This document shows, piece after piece, positions 13,877 to 27,700 of a stretch of DNA of 64,000 nucleotides. Each line of letters begins with the position of its first letter. Position 1 is the stretch's first letter. A program made the position numbers and the translations under genes. Location of the stretch: NCBI GenBank assembly GCA_048013815.1, contig CM106586.1, positions 3,038,001 through 3,102,000 on the forward strand, in the 5' to 3' direction. The notes beneath the pieces are model-generated. The model had not been told where the DNA came from, made no database searches, and saw only the letters and a list, made by a program, of their open reading frames with translations. The DNA comes from Setoptus koraiensis. Its lineage: Eukaryota; Animalia; Arthropoda.

Positions 13877-14533
13877 ACTAAACACACACACACACACACA
13901 CACACACAAGTGACTGCTCTGGCCGGAGGAGGCGAGCAAGGTTGTACGCATTGCAACGCAAGTGAGTTCGATGTAATGGCGCCGTTCGAAATTCGAATTC
14001 CGTTTCGATTCGATCCCGTTCGAGCGGCAGTCCCGCATTCGCATTGTGATTGCCGGCCGAGCGGATCGCCGCCAGTAAATCCGATCCGATTCGAGCCGAG
14101 CCGATACGATCGGGTTGGTCGGTACGGTCGGGTCGCAGCGGAACGGCGGAACGCACCAAATCGAATCGGCAATCGGTTGGCCAGCGGACGGCGGTGTGAT
14201 TCCGTTTGGGCCGGTCAGGTCGGCGCGGTGTTGTTGTGGTAGCGAATCGGTTCGATTTGAAGCGAATCGCACGGACGAATGGAGAGTCAAACGAGATGGA
14301 GAGGAGAGAGGGAGAGAGGGGAAATCAAACAAGTTAGATCAACAAGTCAGCGGTAATTGGCCCGCGGAGCGGCTGCTTTCGCTCTCGAATTTCGCCGCTG
14401 CAAAAGCAATTTTTCTTCGGCGCGCTGTTCGAGCTGGCCGTTCGAACTTCGAACGGCCAACAATCGCGTGAACGGCAAACGTTGAGATGCCGCCGATGTC
14501 GGCAATTCAAATTGCGAATTCGCATTAAGCGAC

Positions 14534-14688
14534 TGGCGATTGGCAATTGGCAATTGGCGATTGGCAATTTGCAATTTGCAATTCACAATTCACAATTCGC
14601 AATTCACAATTCGCAATTGGCAATTGGCAATTCGCAATTCGCAGTTCACAATGAGCAATTCACAATTCGCAATTCGCAATTCGCAATT
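14534..14688. repeat. 7-bp degenerate minisatellite NNCAATT x about 22
   Basis: Units shift along the array: GGCAATT, TGCAATT, CACAATT, CGCAATT. Confidence 0.9.
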
Positions 14689-16276
14689 GTTAATGCGAAT
14701 CGCAAGTGCCGGGCAATTGCTGACAATGACCAATGTGTGTGTGTGCGTATCGGCGCAGGTCGATCAACTGACTCACCTGTCGGATGCGCGCTGGCTGTTG
14801 AGTGGCTCTGGCTTGATTGCGGTTGCCTTGATGATCAATTGATGCTGCACTTGCTGCTTCACTAATTATTATCTGTGTGTCCGACTGTGTGTCAACAATG
14901 TGAATTTATGCGAAACTCTTAATAACTTGTTAATATGTGAAAGCTTTGCTTGGTTAGTGCACTTGTTGTTGCTGTTGCTGCTGCTATCGATATGCGCGAT
15001 GCTGCTTGTTTGCGACAAATATTGCGACTGATGCCCTGGCACTGTTTGTATTTTTGAGATGGTGTTGGCGCCCACGCAATGCTGCTATGAGTGCTGCTGC
15101 TGCTGCTGTAGTGTTGACGAATGAACCAAGAGGCAAACAACAATGACAATCGCTCAGACGTCGCCGAGCCTTCTTATGTTAAAAAAAGTTCTCTGGAAAC
15201 GTTCTAGAAAAGAGAAAAGTTTCTTCGCTCATTATTCTCTCTCTCTCTCTCTGTCTCTCTGTCTGCGTACAACGGCCCACCGCTACAGCAACCGCTACAA
15301 CGGCGACATCGACAACAACAACAACAACGACAGCAACAACAACAGCAACAGCAGCGACAACAACAACGACAACAACAACCTCTGCTGCTAAGAACGCTGC
15401 AAGAAAACTGTGACGGTCCCTAGGCCAGCGCGGCTCAGGTGAGCCAAGGGTTTTTTGTTTGCTTGTTGTGCCGTAAGGGTCTGCATGCACACACTTACGG
15501 CATCATCGGTTGGTGCAGCCAGTTAGTGGCGGGCTCACCTGTCTACAAGTGTGCACCACTTAACTACAGGCTACCACAATGCATTGTGTCCCATTGTTGT
15601 GCTGCCTGTGCGGCTAACGGGCGCTGTCAGCCAGTTCAATCGGCTCCAGCACTCATGTCAGGTGAATGTTGTTGTCGCTGTTGTTGTTGTCGCTGTTGTT
15701 GTTGTTGCCGATACTTGCGGCATCCTACAGCAACTCACTCTTGACAGTGACAGTCGCGCAAGCCGACACAACAGCCAGGTGAGGCTCCATCTACTCGCAA
15801 CTTATGTAACTGTTGGCCGGCTCACCTGTCGGTGTGTGTTACCTGTCGGTGTGTGCTGCAGGGCGCGCACTACTGGCTGTGACACATTGGGCAAAACTCT
15901 CGCTTCGCTAATTGATCGCACTTGTTGCCACTGTTGCAGTTATTGTGTGTGCGTGTGTGTGTGTGTGTGTGTGCTGCATAATTATCGCCGTATCGACAAC
16001 AATCGTGCCGACAACAACATGCGATCGGCGCCATATCTGTACATATCAGCCAATCGCCGTTATCTGTCAATATCTGTCAAAATGGATATTTCATCGCTGT
16101 TTTTTTTTCACTTGCCGGTGGCGCTGTTTGACATTAGTGTCAATCACAGCTGACAATCCCAGCAGCGGCATGTTCCGTTATAACGCTGCTATGTGTCACC
16201 GTATTATTTACACATGCATTACCCACTGTTTCATTGTGTCCACCATGTTGCACACCGTCCATTGTGCACAGCCATA

Positions 16277-16399
16277 CAGCTGACTACACAGCTGACTACA
16301 CAGCTGACTACACAGCTGACTACACAGCTGACTACACAGCTGACTACACAGGTGACAGCTATACAGCTGACTATACAGGTGACATAACAGGTGACATTA
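16277..16399. repeat. 12-bp minisatellite (CAGCTGACTACA) x6 perfect + 4 variants
   Basis: Read directly from the sequence; each unit starts with an E-box. Confidence 0.95.
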
Positions 16400-17546
16400 G
16401 AGATGGCGACGATAGTGCAAATGAGGGGAGCAACTCATTTGCGTGCTGACCGTTATGTCACCGGAGCAGCTGACGTTAGCAGCTGCAATGTCGAGGCATG
16501 TTGAGCAACCCCGACAAGTGTCAACAGCGACAAGTCGACAGTGACAAGTCGACAGTGACAAGTCAATAGTGAATTGTTGAATAGTCAATTGTGACCATAT
16601 GCGCAACAGTGTCAATGGAGTGGACAGCGACAGCGATGCTGCAGTTGTGGGTCACTCTCTCATGGTGGCGCCTCCTGACGGTAAATCACAAAGCTGATTT
16701 GCACAAGCACCAATGTGACACACTCACTGTATTAGTAATACATACTGTAGCTGTATGGCCAAACAGTGTACAGTGTACGGTACCAGTATGCGGTGACCGC
16801 AAACTGGCAAACACTCTAATTAACAATATCAATCAAGCAACAATTTATTTCATTTTATTATTATTATGGGCATGATAAGCTCGTGCAAGTGTCGTCAATT
16901 ATGAGCAGTGCTTATGATTGCAGTCGGATAAAGTAGGTTAACAACACAAACAACAACAAACTAATGTAATCAATTAATTACCAGCACACAAACAAGCGCG
17001 ATAGCGGGGGCGTCGAAGGTCCGAAGGTGACACAGCCGGTTCGGCCGAACCTAACCGTTTAAGGGTGTCGCTCTATCTGTGCTGGTATCTGTTGCGTTAG
17101 TTGTCATGAGCCGTGTTGCGCAATCTCTGGTAAGTGGCAATGAAGTTGAAGTTGAAATGTTATAAAATGGGTTACGCAACAAACAGAGAGCGAGCGAGCG
17201 AGCGAGAGAGATAAATCATTGATAGATGCACAATGGGAGTGAAGATCGAGGAAGTGACCCTTGCACCGTAATTGCGTGGCCTCGCCCAAATGTACCTAAC
17301 GTAACAAAAATAATAATAATAACAATAATAATGATAATGATAATGGTAATGGTAATAGTAATAATAATAATAATAATAGTGATAATCTGTGCGAATGTGC
17401 AATAATTGTGTTTGCTCGGGCGCTCGCATTTACATCAGTTAGTTAGTTAAATTATCGGCTGGCCGCTTGATTGGCTGCTTCGAGGAGTCGGCCTGATAAC
17501 GGCACGGTTGGCCCGATAAAACGTAAGCCAGTTGGGCCGCCGATAA

Positions 17547-17602
17547 AGCCGGTTAGCCGGTTAGTTGATTAGCCGGTTAGCCGGTTAGCCGGTTAGCCGG
17601 TT
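17547..17602. repeat. 8-bp repeat (AGCCGGTT) x6
   Basis: Read directly from the sequence; one 8-bp interruption. Confidence 0.9.
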
Positions 17603-18234
17603 AGCTGACTGACTGGCTGACTTTCCGATAGATTCATATCTCGCAGATAATTACTTCCATTGCCAGACTTTTATCGGCGCGATTTAATCGTCGTGATTAA
17701 TGAGCCCTAGCAACAATTAAACATAGAGATTATTAATTTCCTTTCCTCGAGCGCCAGTTGCCCAAATAACAATTTACTTAAATAACTGTTGCCGTCACCC
17801 GCCTGTTGCTATCAAATGTCGCCGAGCCGAATGAAGAAAAGTTATTCGTTTCAAGTGAGAGCGAGAGCGAGAGCGAAATGGTAAATTAGATAGTTAGCAA
17901 AATTCAAAACGTTGCCAGCGGTTTGTGTGTGTGTGTGTGTGTGTCGAATGCTAATAACAAACAAGACAGTTTATAACGGTCGCTGGCTACTTGTTCAACT
18001 ATTGGCCATTATCATTGTCGTTGTCGTATTGTCGCTATCAGGCCAATCAACAAGACAGCTAACACGACAGCTAACCCACTGACTGGATTACCTGTCGAGC
18101 GCTGCCGACTGCCGACTGCAGATCTATCTGGAGATCCGATCAAATTGATAGTAACAAGCAAACTTTGTTGGGGGCAAACATTGACGACGTTTGACAAAGA
18201 TAACGGTCGCTCACTCGCTCGAAAATGTAACAGT

Positions 18235-18302
<68 letters not shown>

Positions 18303-18303
18303 C
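18235..18303. repeat. (AAC)n microsatellite, about 23 units
   Basis: Read directly from the sequence. Confidence 0.97.
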
Positions 18304-21300
18304 TGTGTACAATGTGTGCGCAATTTAAACATGCATATTCAATAAGATCGGCGTCGTTCCATTTCATTCATTTAAAAGCGTTTCACTTGAAATAATGCAA
18401 CCAACACGGTGACCAGGTTAAATTATGCAATCACTCTATTGATCATCATTATTTGAAGGATTGTAGTTGGCAGCAAACAGTTGCAACAACATCAACAACA
18501 ACAAAAACAGTGACCACTGTTCACCTACCGGCTACTGTCAGCCGATGGTCGTGTCGTCGAGTCCGGGCAATTAATACAAACAATTCAAGTACGTGTGTGT
18601 GTTTGTGTTGCGCAACGTGATTAGCTAACGGAACTGCGCGAAACTCTGTACCTGTCATATGATTATTGTTATTGCCGTAGTTGTTGCTGTCGTCGTTGTT
18701 GTCGTTGTCGTTATCGTTGTTATTGTTGTTGCTGCCGTTATTGTGGGTTTAATCTTGGTTTAAGGCATTGAACTATCCTGTTGGGTATCGAGAGCAACAA
18801 CAGCGATAGAACGACCGAGGAAATCGGACGATAAAAAGATTATCACGACCATAAAAAACTAATACATAAATTATTGCAGCGTCTCGCTAGTCGTAACGCC
18901 AGCCATTGCAACATATTAGATGGGCCTTGCGACAATTTTCAGCGACGGCTTTACCTGTTGCCTATCGCTTAGCGCCAATCGGGTTCAATAAGGCAACAAA
19001 AACAATTAATAATATCGCACATTCTTCCTTGTCGATCAGCCACCCACACACTCACTGTACATAATATACAGTGTCAAACTCGACGCCGGCTAATCAGTGG
19101 CTTGCTCGGCCCCCAATTCGGTTGTGCCAAAGCTAATCACACGAACAAATCATCCGTTGTCTAGCGCGGCTTCGCTGAACAGTCGGAAATTTTGTCTGTT
19201 ATCCATTGTGATTTACCGTGATTTTATCTGGCGTGATCTGTCGTGATCTGTCGTGGTCTGTCGTGATCTGGTTGGCCGTTGGTTTGCTGTTGAAGGCTGT
19301 TGAACGTTGTCGAGTGGATGTTGAACGCGTCCAACATCCACTAATCAACGCAATCGCTTCTCATTGACGACATCTCACATCTGGCTAGCGAGACTCGATA
19401 TAGATGGCGACCGTTAGATGCAGTTGCGCAACAAGGACACCCAGAACCACATTCGGCCTGAGCACATCATTTGTTGCTAATTACAATTTCGCATACATGT
19501 GTGTGTGTGTATACGAGTGTGAATTATCTAATGTTGTTATTGCAAAACCAAGAAGGAATAAAATTAAATTTATTAGTATTACAATTATAAAATTATACCC
19601 GTGAATTGTGTCACCTACGCGCACCCCAAAACCTTCATTAGCAAAAGCTTCATTAACCTTCGTTCGCAATCTTTTCGGCTATCTTGTAGTAGATGTTCAT
19701 GGCCCACAGGGGGCGTCCAGATAACGGCCAATGTCATGTCGGGTCAGGCAAACAGGACACAACTTGGTTTTTGCTCTATTTTGTCGCTTCACCGCTTAAT
19801 CTTGCTGCAATCTCGCTAAAATGTCACTGTTAAATGGCTGGCCGTTTGAATTATCCCGCTGTCGTTGTTTGTGTCTCGTATCGAGAATTAATGCGACCGT
19901 CATGACGAAAGAGAGCGAAACGAGTGAGCATAAACGACCATAAATCAAAGGGCCGAGCGGGCCGAGTTCAAGCGTACCGTAATTAGCTCAATATAGCCAG
20001 ATATATCAATAATGTTTCGATTGGCGATGTTATCTTGATTATTGAATTGATAATTGTTACGACATGCCATCCAAATCGCAAGAGGAGCGCAAAAGCCAAA
20101 ATGAGCCATTTATCTCGAATGCTCTGTTTGATAAATGATTCAGGTCGCGCGGGCGAGCATTTTATCCATCTATTTCGCGCATTTATTTCTCTGTTTATCT
20201 CTGTTTATTTCTGTTTATCTCTGTCGGTCTCTGTTGGTCTCGGTGCAAGTGTCGCCCCTCGCGCTGTTGGCGTCTCGGCGAAGAAGCCAGCCAAGGCCAG
20301 CCAAGCCAGTGCACGTATGCATATTAATGTTGCTTTATACCGGTCGCTAATGGATTCGCTGATGGCACGTAAAAGTGTCAGTGTACGCGTCTCATCTGAC
20401 GGGTGCGGGCGGCCGGCCGGCCGAGCGAGCCCGCTTTTCTGCGGGTCGGGCAACCAACTAAAACACTAATCGTCCGATAGGGCGATAGGGCGATAGTGCG
20501 ACAGGGCATGGTGGCGAAAATGTGGGCACGGATGTGAGCAAATTGATCAGCTCGCCTAATCATTATCGCTAATCACTATCGCTTACTATCACGGGCCGAG
20601 ACAATTCAATTGCGATGGCCGAAGGTGGCCGGCCCACGGCGACAGCAAAATAGATTAAAATGTAGCGCAGTGAAGTGACTCTCGCCAATGCAAATGAAAT
20701 TCAAAATTCGAGCCATTTAGCCTATTAAATCATTAGCATCATCGTGTGAGTGTTGCATCATTAGCCACAGGCGATTCACCGACTGGCGTGCTGTTATTAT
20801 TACATGTTACCTGTTATTACCTGTTAGCTGTGCATTATTAGCTGCAATGGGCATTCACCCGCGTGATTTGCTACAAATTTACCTGCAATAAAGAGATGTG
20901 TCTCAGGTACATATCGCGGGTGTGTGTAGCTGTGCCGGCGGGCCAAGGGCAACAAACGCGGGACAAATTCGCGCCATTATCAGAAATCAAATCCCTTCTC
21001 GCTGACCACTCATTAGCGGGCGCTGACCACTTGCCATTATGGGTCGCGGTGCGCGGCGATCGGCCAATTGTGGGCACTTGTTGCCCGGTGCTGCCTCGGT
21101 GACTCAACAAACGCACATAATGATGATGCCTGCTGGTCTAATGATGCCAACGACAGCGACACAACCAATTATCCGTGTCAAATTATTTATCTATTCTCTT
21201 TCGTCGACAGTCGGCCGGCCAGGCAGGCAAGCAATTGTGCGCAAACTGCCAACTTGTTTCACTGCTACACGACAAGTGTCCGGCGAGTGAGTCGCGGCGA

Positions 21301-21715
21301 GCGGCCAGAGCAAACTGCCAGAGGAATAGTCAAGTCGAGCAGTAATGATAATAATTTCATTTCTTTTCTTTTTATGCCGTTCGCTTCCTTCTTCGTGCTT
21401 CCATTTGGCAAGCCGCCGATTTGGCAAGCCGCCGATTTGGCAAATTCGGCGCTGCCAGAGACACTTTAATTAGGCACATCTTCATTAGCATTAAATTGAG
21501 CTCTCTCGAGGAGAAAGTCTGCACTCTAGAAATGCTACTACTCTGCAGGGCTAATCTATAGAGAAATCTCTATAGAGCAATAGAGAGCGACGCACGAAAG
21601 CGAAAACAAACAAGAAAAATAGGGCAAACAACAGTGATTATTATTATCGCCATCATTATAATTGTTGTGCTGCTGCTAATGATTAGTCGCTTCCTCGAAC
21701 CACTCGCCCGCTCAA

Positions 21716-21765
21716 CACTCACCTGTCCGACACTCACCTGTCCGACACTCACCTGTCCGACACTC
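21716..21765. repeat. 15-bp minisatellite (CACTCACCTGTCCGA) x3.3
   Basis: Read directly from the sequence. Confidence 0.95.
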
Positions 21766-24700
21766 GGCAGCCGGCGCCGCTATCACTGCTCGCCAACCGA
21801 AGCTTGCCAACGCGCTGGCGATAGTAGGAAGCTCGACAACAATTATCTTGCCTTTTGCAACCAATTGCAACCACCGAGACGCCAGATGATTGTTCAAGTC
21901 CAACATGGCGACACTGCTGCTGCTCTGGCCGCTGGCCGACCCTGGCCCGAAACCAATTTTCTCTTTTTAATTTGGCTGATGCTGGCCAAACAGCCATGTG
22001 ACATCATCATCGTCATGTCAACATTTCGTCATTATTTCCGCTAATTGTAACACACACACAAACACAGCGGAAATGATGATGCCGGCACAGCAAATATCTC
22101 AAATTGACACTTTTGCCACAATCGACACACTTGCCGTTGCCGCCGACGCCGGCAAACGGTGATGACGACGATCCATCCTGAATGAGAATGAGGCCCGATG
22201 AGCTCTTTTGGGGCCCGGCACATTCGCAGATTCGCCGGCATCAATCAGTTTGGTGTCATCCACTATACGCTATGTAAAGGGTCAAGAGACGCAACAGTGA
22301 TCGCCGGGCTATTCCCGATTCCGATTGGTCATCGGATTTTTCCCTCACTCACCCGAACGAAAGCCGCCCGATTCACTGAAGCGATTCATCGATGAAGCGA
22401 CAATCGGCAGCAAATCGCAAACGAGTATCACGTCGGTAGCGTCATCATCTCGCCGCCACATCACCGTCGAACAGATTCTGGACAGCACAGTCAGCAGCAG
22501 CCAGCAGCACGAGCCTGATGAGATGACTCAATGACTCGAACCATTGCTATAATTTGATAATTTCCAAGCTTAAAGTATTCAGAGAGAGATCGCTCTGACT
22601 GAATGGCCGGCGTCTCTCAATACTCAATCATTTCTGTCTGAGATTTCTGTCTGAGATTTCTGTCTGAGATTTCTGTCAACATTTCTGTCCGGTATTTCTG
22701 TCCGAATTTAAATGCGATTTTGAGCCTGAGCAACCCTGTCCACGAGCAACATGCCAAACAAATTGTGTCGTGAGTGCAAATGGAAAAATCGTGCTCAATC
22801 ATCGGATGTGGCGAGTGTATCTCTGGCTAGTATCGCATGAAGAAATCAGCAACAATTTGTTAGTAACAAATAACAAATAATGAGCCAAGCAGCAGCAGCA
22901 GCGGAGGCAAGCAGAAACTAGCCTGTTTGGCCGTGATCTGCGCGCTGGCTAATTGTTAATTAGTTGCATCGCCACCAGTGGACAGGAGATGAATTTTTGA
23001 TATTAATTTTGATTTCGAAGATGCGCCAATCAACGCAAGCGGGACACTTTGTTCGGCCTGCGACCCTGGTTTGCATTTCGTTGGGTTGTTTGCGTTGATT
23101 TAGCAAGCCCGTTTGGCAAGATGTGGCCGGCGAGCCGTTGCTAGTGAGCGCATCAGACAGTTATTGCGAGAGGGAGAGAGAGTGTGTGTTATTTAATATT
23201 AAATTCGTGCCGGATTATTATGCGGGCAACTATTTGTTTGGACGAGACTAGGAGCCGTTTGGTCGGCGAGCCAAGAATTATAGCTGAAGAATTATAACTG
23301 CGAACTGTTTGGCGTCGCCGGCCGATTATCCCGGGGCTGACACGATCAATTGCGGAATATGATTAACTCGCCACCGGCTAGCGCAACTTGGCTCGGCAGC
23401 GCCACAGACCGTGCCCAGACACTTGTTGCAGCAGTTCTCTTTCTCTGGCAAGCTAGCGTGAGCTGGCAGTTTTGTGTCGGCTCGGCTCGCCTGTGCCTCG
23501 CCGTGTGGCAAGCGAGGCATATAAATAAAACTAATCACTTTTGTTGGTTGCGTCGGAGTTGCGAGAGCGGCCGAGAGGGCGACTGAGCAACCGGGCTGAG
23601 AGCCGAGCGATTACGGCGCTCGCTAAGCTTGGGATGCCGCTCGATGCGTCATGCGGAATAAAGGAACGGAGAAGCGAGCGCCGAAGAAGCGAACGTTCGA
23701 AGAAGCGAACGTTCGAAGAGCGGACAAGCGAGCGGCCGAAGAGCGAATAAGCGAGCGCTGAAGCGAACGGCGAACGGAGCAAACGACGCAGGCATAAAGG
23801 AAGGGTTTGGCGCCGATTAGCTCGGGGGCTTCTCTCGGTGCGGCCGGCCAGCTCACCGAGAGAACAGCATCACTTTCTCGCAAGTCGGCGAATTCATTTT
23901 CATGCCAGCTCGCCGGCTCAATAGACGGCCAGCCCAATAGATGGCGAGCTCAATGGAATGAATGGGCAACAACAGCTGAATGGGCAGCGAGCGGCCGGCT
24001 GGCCAGAATGGTCAACAAGAGAGAACGAGATAAAGATGGAGCCAAAGATAAAGAGCTTGTAATCTGTGTCGAAATCATTTTTTTGCGTTGTCGGCCGCGG
24101 CAATTGCCCAATGACGCCAGTGCCAATGCTGTATACGAATGAGCGAGAGTGGGTCGACAATAAAGGAAGGATGTGAGCGCCGTGCCTCATTAATCATCGG
24201 GCGCACACACAGGCCGCCGAGCGACCGGCGATGACCAACAACAACGAAGCGTTCGCAGTCGGGTTCGCAGTTCCAGCTCGCAGCAGTCGCCTTCGAATTC
24301 GAGTTCGCAGTCGCCTTCGAATTCGAGCTCGAGCTCGAATTCGAAGTTCGAGCGCCGAGCCTCGCACTGTGAGCCTCGAATCTGCGACTCGCGAATCGCC
24401 GGCCGGCCGGCCAGCCGAGCAACAAACAACCAACGACCAACAGCGAACAACGAACAGCGAGCCGCAATCAAAGAGCGAAATTTGTTGCTGGCAACTCTCG
24501 CTAATGGCGCTGCCGCCACCGTCTAAATAGCGTCTAGCTGGCGCCTAACTGGCGCCGTCTCGGGATGACACTGCAAGTGCACCGCTCACTTCCTCTATTG
24601 CGCAACGGGCCGGGCTAATCAGCTGGCCGTTGATGCGCCCGTCGTCCGCTGGCCAACCGGCCGGCCGGCCGGTTCTGAGACTGGCCAGTACTGAGACTGG

Positions 24701-27700
24701 CCAGTTGGCTCGCAACAAGTGTCAGCGAACAATATGATTGCGGCACGATTAGCGGGCGGCGTCCGGCCGCGTCGGCGTCGGCGCTGGACGGCGGGCCGAA
24801 GCGGCCCGACGCCGATGCGGCCGTTTAAGCCGCCCATCGGCCCGATTGGCAACGCCGTCGCCACAGCTCCGACCCGGCGGAAATTTGTGGCCGCTGCGGC
24901 GTGATCGGCTCGAATCGGTTCGGCTCGCCTCGACAGCACGGCGCACAACTCCGGCTGCAACAAACGCCGATTAGCGGCTAACATTATTAGCCGGCTAATC
25001 AATGAGATAATCACGCACAGCCTTCGATGCGGCCACTCGATTGGTTCCGTCGGGTCCGGCGGCTCATTCGGTTTCTTCGGCTCCGTCGGGCCGTCGCTAT
25101 CTATATTTACTGTTACATTATGTATTATTACACACACATGAGCGCTGATGAGCGATAATAGCCCAGTGGGGAATCGCGCTGAGCGGTCCAATTATCGGTC
25201 TTTATCCGCTCATACCGGCCAGCACTAAACCGCTGGCTACACGATGGCGCCACACCGCTCCTAGGCAAGCCTGGACAAACTTAATTAAATCACCGCCTCA
25301 TTATCAATTATGATTATTATGATCAATATTCTAGAGATTTCACTGCGCTGCCCAGGCTGCAACATGAATAATTAATTATCATTTGTTAATTGCTTAATGG
25401 ACAGCGGTGGCGGCGGCGGCAACAACAACAACTTGAAACTGTTCATTAATTCATCGCAAATCGCCGCTGACCGACCCACGACGGTGCCAGCGATTCGTGA
25501 GCGCCAAACAGATGCAACAGGTGCCAATCGTCGCCACTACGACCGCTTGGCGCTCGTAATTGGCCAATTGAAAGTTTCGCCGGCCAGCATAATAATAATT
25601 AGAACGCTATAATTAGACACTCGCAAGCCAGCTCGACTTTTATATCGCGCAGAGTGTCGACTTTTATCGTTTGTATCATCATTTTAATATCATTGTCAGC
25701 TGCCATGCCGACATAAACCACAATCGGGCTATCGACGACACCAATCATCGCTTTTTATATCTATTTCATATATGATAATTGATGTCCAAAAACAGCTCCT
25801 CAGCAACAACGACGGATCACCGAGCTCACTTATATAATATAATATTATGGGCCGTATTGCAGTGTTCCAGTGTGATACAATTTTTTATTTTATCCGACCC
25901 CCACGCAGATTGTTTGCCCGTTGGCGCCTTAATGTTACCAATGAGTCGCCCAATTTAAAGAGCGCTTGCACAAATTAGTGCGCCGCCTCTTCAACCTCTA
26001 TCGCCCATGAGACAGATTATCGTCTGCAAACAGTTTCTCAATGAATAATAGTGGCCAATTTTGCTGATTTGCTAGTTGCGTAACTAGCAAATTAGCACAA
26101 TTGGCATCTCGCGATGCCAACGTGCTAAAGATTTGACGGGAAAAAAATCACATTTTCAATGTAAAATCCAATCCGAGTGCTCCATTGAATCGAGTCGATT
26201 CAATGTTTGGAAAAGTCGCAAGACGAGTTATCTAACAAGTATCTTGTAAGAGACCCAAGAGATTCTCACGTGCAGCCAGCATGAAATATCCTCTGTGGGC
26301 TGTGAGCCCGAGCAAATATAAAATAAAGCGGAGATACGATGAAGCAAAAATGAGTGATACTACGAATCTCTGCTTCAGTTTATCAATTGATCAGACACTG
26401 GACGGTGTGTCTTATCTGCATGGAAAAATTTCAATTTCTCCCTGACTCGCCCATGTAAGCTCATAATCCGATGATGATAGTTGTTGAATCAAAATGTGAT
26501 TTCAAGATTTGAATTAATATTAATTTGACGGAACACGAGTCGCTAGCAACACATGCCGGCCACAGGCAATTGATTGGGTCAGATTAAGACAGTGGTTAGT
26601 GTCATTATACTCGCTAGACCAGACTAGATTTCGGTACAATGGTTGTGACCAATGGATAGAGAGATTATTTGCATATTTCTCGACATTTCTCTCGGCAAGA
26701 GAGAGAGAGCCGTGCTCACGAAGGATTAATCTTCTGATAGCAACTGACGGAACAAACAGATTTCCACAAAATGGCTCCACTGAGCCACTGACAAGAGCGT
26801 GCTTAAATGGTTAGTTGAATGGCTAGTTGAATGGCTAGCTGAATGACTGGAAAGCGGGCCAACAGGAAACGACGGATGAGATTTATTCGTGTCAGGGCAT
26901 TTAAATGTTGCCCAAGCGGATTAGTGTCAGAGTGACAGTGTCACTTTTCATCATTTGCATATTGTCGCCGTTGTGCGCATTCGATACTCGCAATCAGATC
27001 GGACGACCTAATTCTATTTGCAACTAATTCTTTTCCGGAGACAAATCTAATCTGATCTGAAATGCACAGATTTCATTTTGCGTCACAAGTTTGTTAGTTT
27101 GGCCGACATGCCCGCTCAAAGGGCACAAACAATGAGCGTTGGCTGCCATTGAAATTTGCGACTGACACTTTTCGACAGGTAACTTTTTGGCCCGTTGGAC
27201 ATGACGTATCGACAGCATGTATCGACAGCATGTTGGCGATATATGGAAAATGTGTCAGTTTGGCGCAACAAGTTTGTTTTTGTCGCAACTTGTTGACTGT
27301 GGCGAGTGCCGATTGGCGAACTTCAAATTGCAAACAATTGTCAGCTTGCCACTGGGCGAGTCAGGCGCCGTGTCGCTGACGAACAGGTGAGAGCCGTTAA
27401 TTGATTATCTGCAGCTGGAAACGCTCGATTGGCGCAGATATTCGGCAGGCATTTGGCAGATATTCGGCAGGCATTTGGCAGATATTGGGCAGATATCGGC
27501 GGATATTGGGCGATCGAGGCAAGTGCTTCGGTGGCCACTCCACCTACAACTTTTACTTTTTTGGCCGGCCTGTTTAACTGGCAGCCAACAATGCTCACAA
27601 GTCGACGGCGGCCGGCCGACAGTTGCTATTGACAGTTGCACTTGGCTCGTTGGAGTGACGCAACTTTCTGTGGATTTTCGCTGTCGTTTTCATCGACATC

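Noticed and set aside
23680-23720. GAAcgTTC heat-shock-element-like units (also about 10950-10975)
   Set aside because: Only two inverted nGAAn units per site, inside simple repeats; a functional HSE needs at least three.
26520-26814. Overlapping short ORFs in the high-complexity island
   Set aside because: No ATG-led recognisable protein; kept only as context for the hairpin finding.
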